From positions 544,001 to 608,000 of the forward strand of contig CBDDEL010000014.1 of the NCBI GenBank assembly GCA_965226885.1: DNA of 64,000 nucleotides, read 5' to 3'. Of this stretch, positions 1 to 10,688 are shown piece after piece; within the stretch, counting starts at the first letter, position 1, and every line of letters starts with the position of its first letter. A program made the translations under genes and the position numbers. The notes beneath the pieces are model-generated. The model saw only the letters and a program-made list of their open reading frames with translations. It ran no database searches and was not told where the DNA came from. The stretch is from Opitutales bacterium (GTDB lineage: Bacteria > Verrucomicrobiota > Verrucomicrobiia > Opitutales > UBA2987).

Positions 1-619
1 TTATGGGTTGGCCACCGTTGAGCCATCTGGCGGGGAAAAGGGGATTGTTACCGGCGATGCGGGCGTCTTCATCGATGGTCATGTCTTCATACCAGAATAG
101 AATATCCTCGACCGTGAAAGGGGCTCCGTCCGACCATTTGATTCCCTCTCGCAATTTCATGAGCAAGGTGCGCCCCCCATCTTTAAATTCATAACTTTCA
201 GCCAAGTTCAGCTGTAGGCTGTTGGGCATTGGTCTTTCAAACGCCATGAGGTTTTCGCTGAATGTCTTGGCAATGGCGGATTCGTTAATGACATCGGTAT
301 TCAACGCTCTTCGAATAGTGCCGCCGTATTTGCCGATTTCTTCCACCGGAACGAGGACCAGGGGATTTTCGGGCAAACGATCTGAGACCGGCGGTAATTT
401 ACCGGATTGCACTTTTTCTGCCAGCATGGGCGCTTCATTAAAGGCGCGGTTGTCCAGAATTGAGGAATCGATAGTTGGTGGCGCGGTAGAAGTCTGTTGG
501 GCTTGATGAGACTCCACCTTGGCGCCCTGATCGCTGTTATCGGACTTGGAGCCTAAACAACCCGCCAGATTCAGGCATAGGAGCAGCGGAAACAGTTTGG
601 ATGGATTAATCGTAATCAT
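1..619 (-). CDS. ABC transporter substrate-binding lipoprotein, family 5 (DppA/OppA-like); 3' end outside window
   Basis: Manual translation from ATG at 619: lipobox LAGC, then EAPMLAEKVQSGKLPPVSDRLPENPLV..EEIGKYGGTIRR, typical of family 5 SBPs. Absent from the ORF track because it runs off the window. Confidence 0.85.
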   Translation of the reverse strand, partial: MITINPSKLFPLLLCLNLAGCLGSKSDNSDQGAKVESHQAQQTSTAPPTIDSSILDNRAFNEAPMLAEKVQSGKLPPVSDRLPENPLVLVPVEEIGKYGGTIRRALNTDVINESAIAKTFSENLMAFERPMPNSLQLNLAESYEFKDGGRTLLMKLREGIKWSDGAPFTVEDILFWYEDMTIDEDARIAGNNPLFPARWLNGGQPI

Positions 620-660
620 GTCATTTATGTTGGCAAAACGGAAATTGGATGGCAACACTG

Positions 661-2430
661 TCAGCCTTTTAGCTCGTCAGCTTGCAAAGCTCTCCGGTAA
701 AGCCGAATCTCGCGCATCTTGCCGCTGAAATACCCTGATTCGCCAAAGCCGATCTTCAATGAGGTGCCATTGGACAGGTTGAAATCTTCGGGCTGGAAAG
801 GGGAGGATAAGGCCAACTGTTTCCCGTCGAGGTAAAGCTTCAAGCTGCCGCCCTCCTTTACCGCCGCCCAGTGTTTCCACCCATTTCCCGGATCGCGGTC
901 CGAGGTGGCGCACTTTCCCGCCTGGAAAGAGAATACCCGCCCGCGGACATCCGCCGGTGCATGGTGTATGGAGCCCGTGCAGCTGCCGATGCTGGCAAAC
1001 AATCTGCCGCCGAAAACCGTCAAACTGGTTATCCTGGTCCAGGCCTTTTTCATTTCCCGGTAGTCGCCGCCGTATTTCCTTGGTTCCACCGGCTTCCAAC
1101 CTTCGGGTGAATAAAATCGCTTCATTAAAGTCCAAGATAGGTTTTCATCGTAGCGCCAAATATCGCCCCTGGGTATCGTGCCGGCGTATAATTTTCCATT
1201 AAATACGACTAGATCGTTAGTTTCAATGCTGTCTCCGAGGAAGCCGCCATGTTCCCATTGACCGTTTCTGGAGGCCGCCACCGGATCTGGCCAGGTGCCC
1301 GCAATGAGATTACCTTGATGCACCCCCAGGGTATGCACCTGATTGCACTTTTCCCACGAACCGAGCGGATTTCCCAGCGATTCCCATCGTTCGCCGTCAT
1401 AAGTGTAAACTTCTGCCCCTGGAAAGCCATCGAGCCAGGCATCGGGCCAGTATTTGGCACCATTGCCCCCCACATGAAGTTTGCCGTGGTGGACCAACAT
1501 GCAATGAACATTAGTGATCCATTCTCCGCATGGCTTCCAGTTTTGGGCGCCTTCATAGACATAACACCGGCACTTTCGGTCGGTCGTCGATTCATCGCGG
1601 GAGCCCAAAACATCGCGGGAGCCCAAAACATAGAGCTGCCCCTTATAGGTTGCCAGGCTCGACAGGCGACTGCACATCCCCGGCTGGCCGTAATCTTCCC
1701 ATTCCCGACCGCCCTTGTAGCGGTAGATACGGCTATAATCCAGGCCTGATTCGGAAACTTCACCGCCTTTGTCGTAATTTGAGGTTCCCGCGTAGAGTGC
1801 GCCATCGTGCACGACCATTGCCTCTATGCCGTGGGTGCGGCGATTTCCCACCCGTCCGCAATCTTCCCATTCGGCTCTCTCTATATACCGATAGACATGA
1901 CACCAGTCCGCTTCATATTGAGCATCGTTTGTGCCCACGTACAAACCGCCGTCATAAACCGTTAAGGATCCGCAATAATTGCTGCTCTCGTTTGGCCTCC
2001 CGCAATCCTCCCAATCCGTAGTTTTACCATCATCGATGCCAAAATGAATTTGTTGGTTGTTGCATTGGGAATTATAGCCCCCGGCGCTTGAGTTGAGGCA
2101 TAAGGAAAAACCTTTCCTACGGGATGCGTCGAATTTACCCAGGATATCACCGCCTGTGATTGCCGCCTCCTTATCCGTGAATATCTCTGCGCTAATCGTG
2201 AAGTCGCTAATGCCGAAATTCAAGGAAGCGCTGTTTTTCACTTCGATAAAACTACTTTTTCCGTCGAATTGTCCAATTGCGGGACTTTCGCCCTTGGCGT
2301 TTCCATGGTTTCCATTGCCGGAATGGTCCCGGCAATCTCCTTGTAGTTTCCAATAACCGGCGAGACCGTCCTCGATAGGCGTTTGCTGCCCTGAATCTGT
2401 CAAAGACATTTGCTGGATGTTATTTACCAC
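661..2430 (-). CDS. LamG/concanavalin A-like domain protein with central beta-propeller repeats
   Basis: LamG-like N-part (GYWKLQGDCRDHSGNGNHG..FDGKSSFIEV..DFTISA) and C-part (LKLYLDG..FSGKMREIRLYRRAL); internal WEDCGR/WEDYGQ/WESLG repeats. Confidence 0.7.
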   Translation of the reverse strand: MVNNIQQMSLTDSGQQTPIEDGLAGYWKLQGDCRDHSGNGNHGNAKGESPAIGQFDGKSSFIEVKNSASLNFGISDFTISAEIFTDKEAAITGGDILGKFDASRRKGFSLCLNSSAGGYNSQCNNQQIHFGIDDGKTTDWEDCGRPNESSNYCGSLTVYDGGLYVGTNDAQYEADWCHVYRYIERAEWEDCGRVGNRRTHGIEAMVVHDGALYAGTSNYDKGGEVSESGLDYSRIYRYKGGREWEDYGQPGMCSRLSSLATYKGQLYVLGSRDVLGSRDESTTDRKCRCYVYEGAQNWKPCGEWITNVHCMLVHHGKLHVGGNGAKYWPDAWLDGFPGAEVYTYDGERWESLGNPLGSWEKCNQVHTLGVHQGNLIAGTWPDPVAASRNGQWEHGGFLGDSIETNDLVVFNGKLYAGTIPRGDIWRYDENLSWTLMKRFYSPEGWKPVEPRKYGGDYREMKKAWTRITSLTVFGGRLFASIGSCTGSIHHAPADVRGRVFSFQAGKCATSDRDPGNGWKHWAAVKEGGSLKLYLDGKQLALSSPFQPEDFNLSNGTSLKIGFGESGYFSGKMREIRLYRRALQADELKG

Positions 2431-2435
2431 TTAAC

Positions 2436-3303
2436 TTACGCCGTTTCCGCGTGGATCAGTTTCTCGTGCATAGTAAGCCGTTTTCTATGCCTCATGGGAA
2501 TGTTGGGGAAATCATCCGAATCGGTTTCACGGCCCGTCTCGCGGTTGAGGAAGAGCGGCAATTCAGAAGCCTTAGGTTTTGCCCGATCGTATCCGTAATC
2601 ATAGCTTCGCATGATGATGCGTTGTTCCCGGTTGAGCGTTTCCAGCCATTGCGGGGAAGATTGATGACGGTCCGCCTCGCATACCCAAGATGGGCAATAG
2701 GCCAGGAAAATATTTTTTCTTAGAACATCGCTCTCGTTGGGTTCCACCCGATGCCAGAGGTTGCAATGCATCAGGGTAATCGTTCCGCGGGGAATGCACA
2801 TGATTTTTTCACCGGGTAGGCTCTTATGAGTTTCATAAGCATAAAAGTACCTTGTATTGTGGCTGCCCGGCATATAGACGAAGTTGCCAATAACCTATTT
2901 TCACCTGTATTGGCAGGGTGGGTGCGAATACCCCATAAGGAACCGCGCGCGGTCCGTCCTGGTGCCACGGGCTGTGTTTACCGCTGGTCGGCCTCATGAA
3001 AAATTGGGACAGGTGCAGTTTGAGTTGTTCTCCATAGATATCGTAAAAGTATCCAACATGCCGGGGGTGATCGATCAAATCTGCAAAGACCTTATCCCTT
3101 TCCACTACGTTAGTCGGATTATAAGTTTTATCCGGTACATAAGCGGGGTCGTTTGCGCTACAGCGATTGATGGCATCAAGATAGCAATCGATTTCATCTT
3201 GAGTTAAGGTATTCTCAAGGGTCAGAAAACCTTCTCTCATGAATTCTTCCCATTGATCGGGCGTGAAACCGGGAGGCGGTTTTCGATAGTTGGATGGGCT
3301 CAT
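2436..3303 (-). pseudogene. Phytanoyl-CoA dioxygenase (PhyH) family, frameshifted by an internal deletion
   Basis: WHQDG..KIGYW in one frame, GNFVYMPGSH..LWHRV..N..R in another; the usual intervening residues are missing near 2885. Confidence 0.8.
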
Positions 3304-3852
3304 GGCGTTACTCCATTTGGATTTGATTTGTAATGCATTTGAAAAAGCTAGGCGGCTTAACTTCAATTTGAGAAATGTTTAACAGGAGCCTTAATGATCC
3401 GCAAACCAGAATGAATAGATTTGTGGGGAATCTAGGGCCCCTGATAGTTCAATTTCCAGGCAAATCGCTTGCGCGGCGATGACGCTTAAATTTGGCGAAG
3501 CGTTCCAGGTAACGATGCTGTCCAGAGAGGCTTCATCAATCGCCTGACAATCCTCAAAAGAGAATCCCGGAATTACCTCGCCGGTTTCCGTGTCGGCAAT
3601 TTGCACTTTGACGGAACCAAACCCCGGTGCGTAGTTTTCCACATTGATGTGCAAGGCCCGCCCTGCGATGCCTTGGCTATCAATAGGAATTGTTTTCAAG
3701 GTTCCCCTCATCGCCATGCGGTATTTGGGGACTTTGAAGTAATACAGCGGCTGGGGGTGTATTTGCGGTTTTTTGAGGGTCAGAAATGCAAAGCCGTCCT
3801 GACGTAAATGGGCCAACCCTGTTTTCATTCGCCATATTTCCTTTATCTGGGC

Positions 3853-5180
3853 TGATGTGCACTGGAAAAAGTGGACACGAGATTCTCCTAAATGGAGAAT
3901 CGAAGCATGGGAAGAAGACGCTTTAGTATAGAGTTCAAAAATGAGGCAGTTCAACTGATGATACTCGATGGTCTGAGCGCCACCGAGGTATCGACCAAAC
4001 TTGGGGTCAACACCAACCAATTGTATAGGTGGAAGAGGCTCTATCTGGACGATCAGCAGGGCGAAGCCACCTCAAAGCGACAGAGCAGTCCGAAGGAGAT
4101 GGCGGCCGAGATAGATCGTCTTCGCAAAGAGCTGCGCCGCTCGGAGCGGATCAACCAGATACTAAAAAAAACGGTGGGCTACTTTGCCAAGGACGAACAA
4201 TGAAGTACCAGTTTGTCAAAGACAACGAGGGGCGCTTCAAGATCGAGGAAATATGCTCGGCGATGGGGATTTGTCGCAGTGGCTATTACTGCTGGAGGCA
4301 CCGAGCGCCCTCGGCCCGGCGGATCGAGGACGAGGGAATCAAGGGGGCGATCCTGAAGGTACACAAAGAGGCCAAGGGCCGCTATGGGCATCGGCCAATG
4401 CACCGCCATCTGAAGGATGATGAGGGCATCGATTGCGGCCGTGACCGGGCTCTGCGTCTGATGCGTGAAATGGGAATCAAAAGCACCCAGAGTAAACGCT
4501 TTAAGCCATTAAAAACCAACAGTAACCATCCCTATGGTTACAGCCCCAATGTGCTTAAAAAGCATGGCCAGCCGACCCATATCGACGAGGTCTGGGTGGC
4601 GGACACGACCTACCTACGGACCCTGGCCGGTTGGATGTACTTGGCCACGGTGATGGACCTGTTCAGCCGACGCCTGCTGGGCTGGAGCGTTTCCAACCAC
4701 AACGACGCGAAGCTGGTTGGCAAGGCCCTCAAAGCCGCGGCCATGACCCGCGGCACACTGCGCACCGGGATTATTCATCACAGCGATCGGGGCAGCCCCT
4801 ACGCCAGCGACGACTATCAGAGGCTGGTCTCTGAACTAGGCATGAAGCCGAGCATGAGCGCCCAAGGCAACTGCTACGACAACGCGGCCATGGAATCGTT
4901 CTACGGCCGCTTCAAGACCAGCACGATTCGAGGCCGCCACTTTGCCGACGAGCGCGAACTGCGATCAACTGTCTTCGAATACGTGGAAATCTTCTACAAC
5001 CGATATCGCAAACATTCCTCTCTGAGTTACCAAAGCCCAGTCCAATTCGAGGAAAATATTTGCCCCCCATGGGGGGCAACGAGAAAACAAAACCCTTTAC
5101 CAAAACAAGCCGCCTGACACACTAATCAATAAACAATGAATATAAGAGAATCCCGTGTCCAACAAATCCAGTACACGTCA
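3853..5180 (+). mobile_element. IS3-family element (1328 bp)
   Basis: 26-bp imperfect IRs TGATGTGCACTGGAAAAAGTGGACAC / TGACGTGTACTGGATTTGTTGGACAC; 3-bp target duplication GGC. Confidence 0.95.
3892..5117 (+). CDS. IS3 transposase OrfA (3892-4203) / OrfB (4200-5117)
   Basis: HTH OrfA; OrfB DDE motifs WVADTTY, HSDRGSPY, DNAAMESF; A8C slippery site near 4164 and ATGA overlap. Confidence 0.95.
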
Positions 5181-7217
5181 GGCTGAGGGAGTGTCCGCAG
5201 CGCTCATAGCAATTCTTCCAGTAGTCAGGGTTCCGATAGAACCGCGGTAGTAGAGCCAGATTTTCCCTTCGTGGGCAAAAAAGGAATTGGGAGTGCAAAG
5301 CATCCCGGAATCCCAACTGCCCCTGGGCCCCAACGGCAATAAGGGATTGTTTGGTTGAATGCGTGAAAAGTGAATACCGTCGCGGCTGACTGCCAATCGA
5401 AGATCGACTTCCCAATTTTCCCCTTCCCAATGCTGGTAGAGGCACAAATAAACGCCCTTGTAAGGTTGCACAAGTCCCCCGTGGATTTGATCTTCGTTGC
5501 AGCCGGTGCGGGGGTCCAGAACCGGGTTTCCTTTGTAGCCCATCAACTCGGTGGGGGAAGGGCCGTGGGCCAGGGACAGGTTCCGGGTCTTGGGGGAGGC
5601 GCCGTGGGGGTAGCCGGCCCAGCGATCCTGGCCGTAAAGCTTCCAGCGATAGCCGGGATGTTTTGTTAGGGGGTCCCGAAACATGCTGAGCAGGGCCTCG
5701 ACCCAGGGATTGAAACCATGATGCACCTGATTGTGTCCGGGAGGTCTGCCCCACAAGCGTTGGGGGGGGTAATTGCCAGTGGATGCCGTCAGCGGAATAA
5801 GTCAGGTTAAGCTCAGGCCCTCCATGGTGGTGGGTATCAATAAATAATTTGTAACGGCGCGAGGGATCAGGATCACTTTCATCCCGAAAAATAAGAGCCC
5901 CCCCGGTGCAGTATTCGAGGGGAAAGAGAAGATTGTTTTTTTTCGATCCTTCATACTCGACCAGACCGAGTTCAGGCTTGATCCAGTCGATCCCGTTTTC
6001 ACTCTCAGCATAACAGGTATTCCATTTGCGTTCGAATTTGTCCGAACTTCCCGTATACCAACAGCGAAATTTCCTCTTTTCCAGCAGGACGGTGGCATAG
6101 CCTGACCATGCTGCATCAAGCGAACCGGGCGGACCAGTCAGATTTAAGGGATTGGCTTCGGAACGCCGGGCCGTGGCCACAACCTGTTCCAGGTTTTCCA
6201 TTTCCGCGACCTCCAGAAGATCGAGGAAGAGGACATGCCGGGAATCGCGCACCGAGTACCGGGGAACGGGCAAATAATCAAAACAGTAGCGGTAGTTTTC
6301 ACTTTGGGAAATTAATCGGTGATCCTCGCTGGTATATTCGCCTCTAAGAATGGCAAACCCGCTTTGAGAATCTTGAGTACAGGATAATACCGAATATCCC
6401 ATTGACATCCACCATTGGCCGGGAGCCCCGCCGCACTGTGCCTCGAAACTGAACTCCTCCCCTAAAAAGCGACGGTAATACATGCCTCGCTGGTCGGCAT
6501 CGACCGCGAAAAGCCAAACGATACCGTGTTCATCAACCTTGAGGGATGGCTGGTATCGCGCTCTGCCTCCGAGCCTTTGGATATCGATTAAATGACCATC
6601 TTTCCGAAGATCCACCCGCTGAGTTCCATCCAATTGCCCGGAGACAATGAAGGTCCGATTTCCAGAGCTGGCAATGTCAGGATTAATGCCTTCATGGAGT
6701 CTCTGCGGAGCGGAAGCTTTATAGTGGGCATCCAGGCGAATATACAGGATATTCGGAGTAAGCTCCGATGCCATCCACATAATTTCGAGATTCCCTTCTT
6801 GGTCAAAGCAACCTCGAGGCGAGTAAACAGCTTCTTCGCACTCCAAAAATGTCGTGGCGTTGAAATGGTTTCCCTCCAAAACCGCAAGGCTCATGCTAAA
6901 TTTGACGGGATTGGAATGCTTTTCACGGTAAAGAATAACCACCCGGCCCCGGGGGTCTGTCAGGATTTGTTCGACGGTGACGTTACCTAGAGATTGCGAG
7001 GACCATTTTTTCCATTTGCTGTCGCCATTTATGGGAAAAGAAGTGGCAGCGCCATGGAGGCTCTCGCCTTGGGACCAAAATACCAGCAGCCGGTTCTCGG
7101 AAACGGCGATTCCCTCACTGTCGGGAATTGATTTTTGGAGGGCTCCGGATTCGCCGAATAATGTGAGAGCCGGTTCAAAATCCTCCATCGTGATGGGGTG
7201 CTCTGAACTCGCAATTA

Positions 7218-9465
7218 TTAATCCGGCAAATAAATAGTGACATATCAATAACTTATGCTAAAGTAGGTTCATGAATAGGAATGATGCGCGTTCACTAAGC
7301 GAAGAGACTATATATGAGCTGAGGTGTCGGGCGGTGGATCTGAAAAGAGAGGGTTGCACTTATGAAGAGGTTTCCGTGGTTTTAAAGGTATCGATCAGCG
7401 CTGTGCGCAAATGGTGGGCCCTTTACCGAAATGGAGGGCCAAAAGCCCTGCGGCTTGGACAACGGGGCCGTCGGCAGGGCCAATGTCGAAGATTGAGCTC
7501 CCAACAAGAGCGCATGGTGTGCCGAATGATTACCGATAAGAGACCCGACCAGCTTAAGATGCCCTTTGCCCTGTGGACGCGCCAAGCGGTGCAAGAGTTG
7601 ATTGAAAGGCAGTTTGCTTTGAAGATGCCGATCCGCACGGTGGGCGAGTATCTTCGCCGTTGGGGTTTCACTCCACAAAAACCTCGAAGACAAGCCTATG
7701 AGCAGCAGCCTGAGGCGATTAATACCAAATCGCAAAAGGATTGATAAAGATTAAAAAACAGCTATAAAGGCGGAATGAGAAGATATATGGGAACCGATGA
7801 AGACCGTGAACGTATCAAGAAATTGCTCAACAAAGAGGCTGTCGGCTGGCGTAAAGAGCGTTTGGTGGCATTAAAAATGGGCTTCCAGCCGCACCACAGC
7901 ATTGATGAAATTGGAGCCATCGTGGGCCGAGGCAAAGCGACGATCCAGCGTTGGTTTGACAAATATCGTGCTGCAGGGCTCGGGGCGGTGCTTACACGCG
8001 CCTACAAAGGCGGGATCAAAAGCCGTTGCGACAAAGAGGTGGAGGCCTTCTTGCTCAATGGTTTGAAGGTCGCGCGCTGGAACACAGCCGTTCAGGCGGG
8101 GCAAGAGCTGGAGCGACATTTCGGGCGCTCCTTCGCCTACAAGACGGTGTGGCGATGGCTAAAAAAATGCGCCGGGGTGCTTCGAGTCCCTCGCCCCGTG
8201 CATGAGAAACGGGACTCGGCAAAAGCGGAAGCGTTCAAGCGAGACTTTTTTAAGATCCTCCAGGAGCTTTCCCTCACCCGAGGCAATCGGGTTCGGGTGT
8301 GGTTTGCCGATGAAAGCCGTTTTGGTTTGCTTCCGGTGTACCGCCGGTGCTGGACGCAAAGAGGGCTTCGGCCGCACAAAAAATATCAGACAAGATACCA
8401 GTGGAGCTACTGTTACGGAGCCCTCGACGTGGTCAACGGCGAGATGGTATGCATCCAAACCCCTAGCACGAATCTACAGTGGACGGAGGCTTTCCTCCAA
8501 CAGATCAAAAAGCAATATCCTGAGGAGGAACATGTGGTTGTATGGGACGGGGCAGGCTTCCATCCGCACGACTCGGAGCACCCCAACGTCCCCCCGGGCA
8601 TACATATCGTGAATTTGCCGCCGTATAGTCCTGAACTCAACCCGATTGAAAGACTTTGGGATATGATACAGGATCAAACGGCCAACAAACTGTGGCCGAG
8701 CATTGAGCGACTCGAAGAAGTCGTCGCAACCCATCTCAAAGACTGGTGGGAGGACACTGAAAAAGTCCTCTCTTTAGTTGGCGGAGGCTGGCAGCACATT
8801 CAAGCAAACGCTTCTGCCAAATAACTTATTATCATACCTAATGAGATTTGGTATAAGAAGTGGCTTGATCAAACTTACCCGGCCATCGAAGCCAGAGCCA
8901 AAGCGCAACAGGCCCAAATCCACTGGGGAGATGAAACCGGCATCAGTAGCGAAGATCATCGGGGAAGAGGTTATGCTCCGCGCGGTAAAACGCCAGTTGC
9001 CAAACGCAGTGCGCGTCGTTTTAGCACGAGCATGATCTCGACTATAACCAACCGTGGAAAGCTGCGTTTCATGGTTTACAAGGGAGCCTTGAATGTGGAA
9101 CTGTTTATCAAATTTCTGCGCCAGTCAATCAAAGGAGCCAAACGGAAAATCTTTCTCATTGTGGACAATCTGAGAGTGCATCATGCTAAAAAAGTAACCG
9201 GTTGGATTGAAGCCCACCGCGATAGGATCGGGATTTTTTATCTACCATCTTACAGTCCCGAATTGAACCCCGATGAGTATTTGAATAACACGGTCAAAGC
9301 GAACTTGAAGAACCTGCCGGCCCCGCGCAGCCAAATTGAGTTGCAGGGAAGTCTGCGAACCCACCTGCGCAGCAGGCAACGAAAACCAATTTTGATTAAA
9401 AAACTCTTCCATCATCGGGATGTTCAATACGCCGCTTAACTGTTACTATTCAATTGCCGGATTAA
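7218..9465 (+). mobile_element. IS630-family element type A, interrupted by a second IS630-family element
   Basis: Ends TTAATCCGGCAA / TTGCCGGATTAA with TA duplicated; transposase split into 7271-7722 and 8854-9439. Confidence 0.95.
7723..8853 (+). mobile_element. IS630-family element type B, nested; transposase 7775-8824
   Basis: IR TACCAAATC / GATTTGGTA flanked by TAA on both sides; motifs WFADESRFG, WDGAGFH, LPPYSPELNPIERLW. Confidence 0.93.
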
Positions 9466-9593
9466 TAGTAATTGGCTATTTCCTGCACCCGGCAGCAATA
9501 TAAGCAGTTTCCCATCCGTGCCGATGGCGGTTCCATTCGGTCCGACGAGCGCATCTTGTGGTTCTGGAATAACTGAGTATGTAGACATATTAC

Positions 9594-9830
9594 TTAATTG
9601 GCGATGGCCATTTGTTCGGAGGCCGATGTGAGAGCGCCTTCTCCGAATGCGATCGGGTACGTGATGTCGTCTCGTACATGCTGAGTGCTGGCATCAATAT
9701 AGCAGACACTATAGGCCCTGCGCGATTGTAAACTATTGTAAATGCCTGAAGCGTGCAGTAAATGGTTATGGGGCAGCGCCACTTCATCGGCTTCCAGTTA
9801 CAGGAATACAACGTCATCTGCCTTATAAAC
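9594..9830 (-). pseudogene. C-terminal remnant of a PhyH-type dioxygenase
   Basis: HNHLLHASG..N...RRAYSVCYIDA motif; no N-terminal half or HxD motif before the aldolase stop. Confidence 0.55.
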
Positions 9831-9838
9831 AAATTCAA

Positions 9839-10600
9839 TTAGAAGGGATGATGGTGAGGCAAAATCGAGAGCCAGGCGGCATCATCGTAATCACCGGATT
9901 GTGCCAGTTTTGGCCATTTTTTGCTCCGGGAATTTTGTGCCAATTCAACGAAACTTTTAATGATTTCGGCAATAGATTCGGCCGATCCCGGGTTAGGAGC
10001 GCAGTCGGCCACAAGGTTCATGCCGCAAGCGGCCAACATGACACCCGCCTCCATCATCTCAGGAATGCTTTCCAAAGTGACGCCCCCCGTTCTCATAATG
10101 GGGCAAAAATCGAACAGGGGTTCCAGACGGACCAATTTTACAAAATTCAGATCGGGGCCGAATAGTTTGATGAAATGGGCTCCCCAATCCATCATTTGCA
10201 TGGCCTCATTCAGCGTCATAGCGGCTGGAACCAGGACATGGCTTGATGAATAAGCGTCGATTGTTTGTTGACTATAACCGCTGGCCGAAACAAATCCTTC
10301 GACCCCAATTTCCTTCAATTCGTCCAAGGTATGTAATTGCGGATAATTCATCCGTGCGTGTTTAATGATGGATTCGCTGTCCAAAGTGCTTCCGACCAAA
10401 ATATTGAGATCAGGGAAATTTGCGCGAATCCAGGGAATCATTTCCCGAAAATCGGGGCGGCGCAGGGTGTATTCGATTGTTGAAAGCCCGGCCAGGACGC
10501 ATGCTTCAACCAGCATTTTACTATCGTATTGATCCCGCGTGAAGATTGGCATGAAAGCTTGTTCATGGGCTTTGCGATAATTTTTCAACAGATTATTCAT
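9839..10600 (-). CDS. KDPG/KHG aldolase-like class I aldolase (divergent Eda family)
   Basis: IEYTLR, ILVGS, FVS, IKLFGP (Schiff-base Lys position), TGGVT; probable start MNNLLK at 10600. Confidence 0.7.
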   Translation of the reverse strand: MNNLLKNYRKAHEQAFMPIFTRDQYDSKMLVEACVLAGLSTIEYTLRRPDFREMIPWIRANFPDLNILVGSTLDSESIIKHARMNYPQLHTLDELKEIGVEGFVSASGYSQQTIDAYSSSHVLVPAAMTLNEAMQMMDWGAHFIKLFGPDLNFVKLVRLEPLFDFCPIMRTGGVTLESIPEMMEAGVMLAACGMNLVADCAPNPGSAESIAEIIKSFVELAQNSRSKKWPKLAQSGDYDDAAWLSILPHHHPF

Positions 10601-10688
10601 CGTACTCGGAGGGTTTCCTTGAATGGGGGAACCTTTAGTCGCCCCTTCATTTAATGCGGATACTTTCACAGCTGGCGATAGCGTCGTC

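Larger units (their letters stand above)
3391..9588 (-). pseudogene. Large glycoside-hydrolase-like beta-propeller protein (~870 codons reconstructed), broken by IS630, a G-run frameshift and IS3
   Basis: Motifs CYAESENGIDWIKPELGL, YSADGIHW, VSRDGIHF, GSWDSG, GLAHLRQDGF. The frame rejoins across both IS sites (QLL|IASSEHP; TPSA|QIKEIW). Frameshift at G8 near 5762-5769. Confidence 0.75.
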
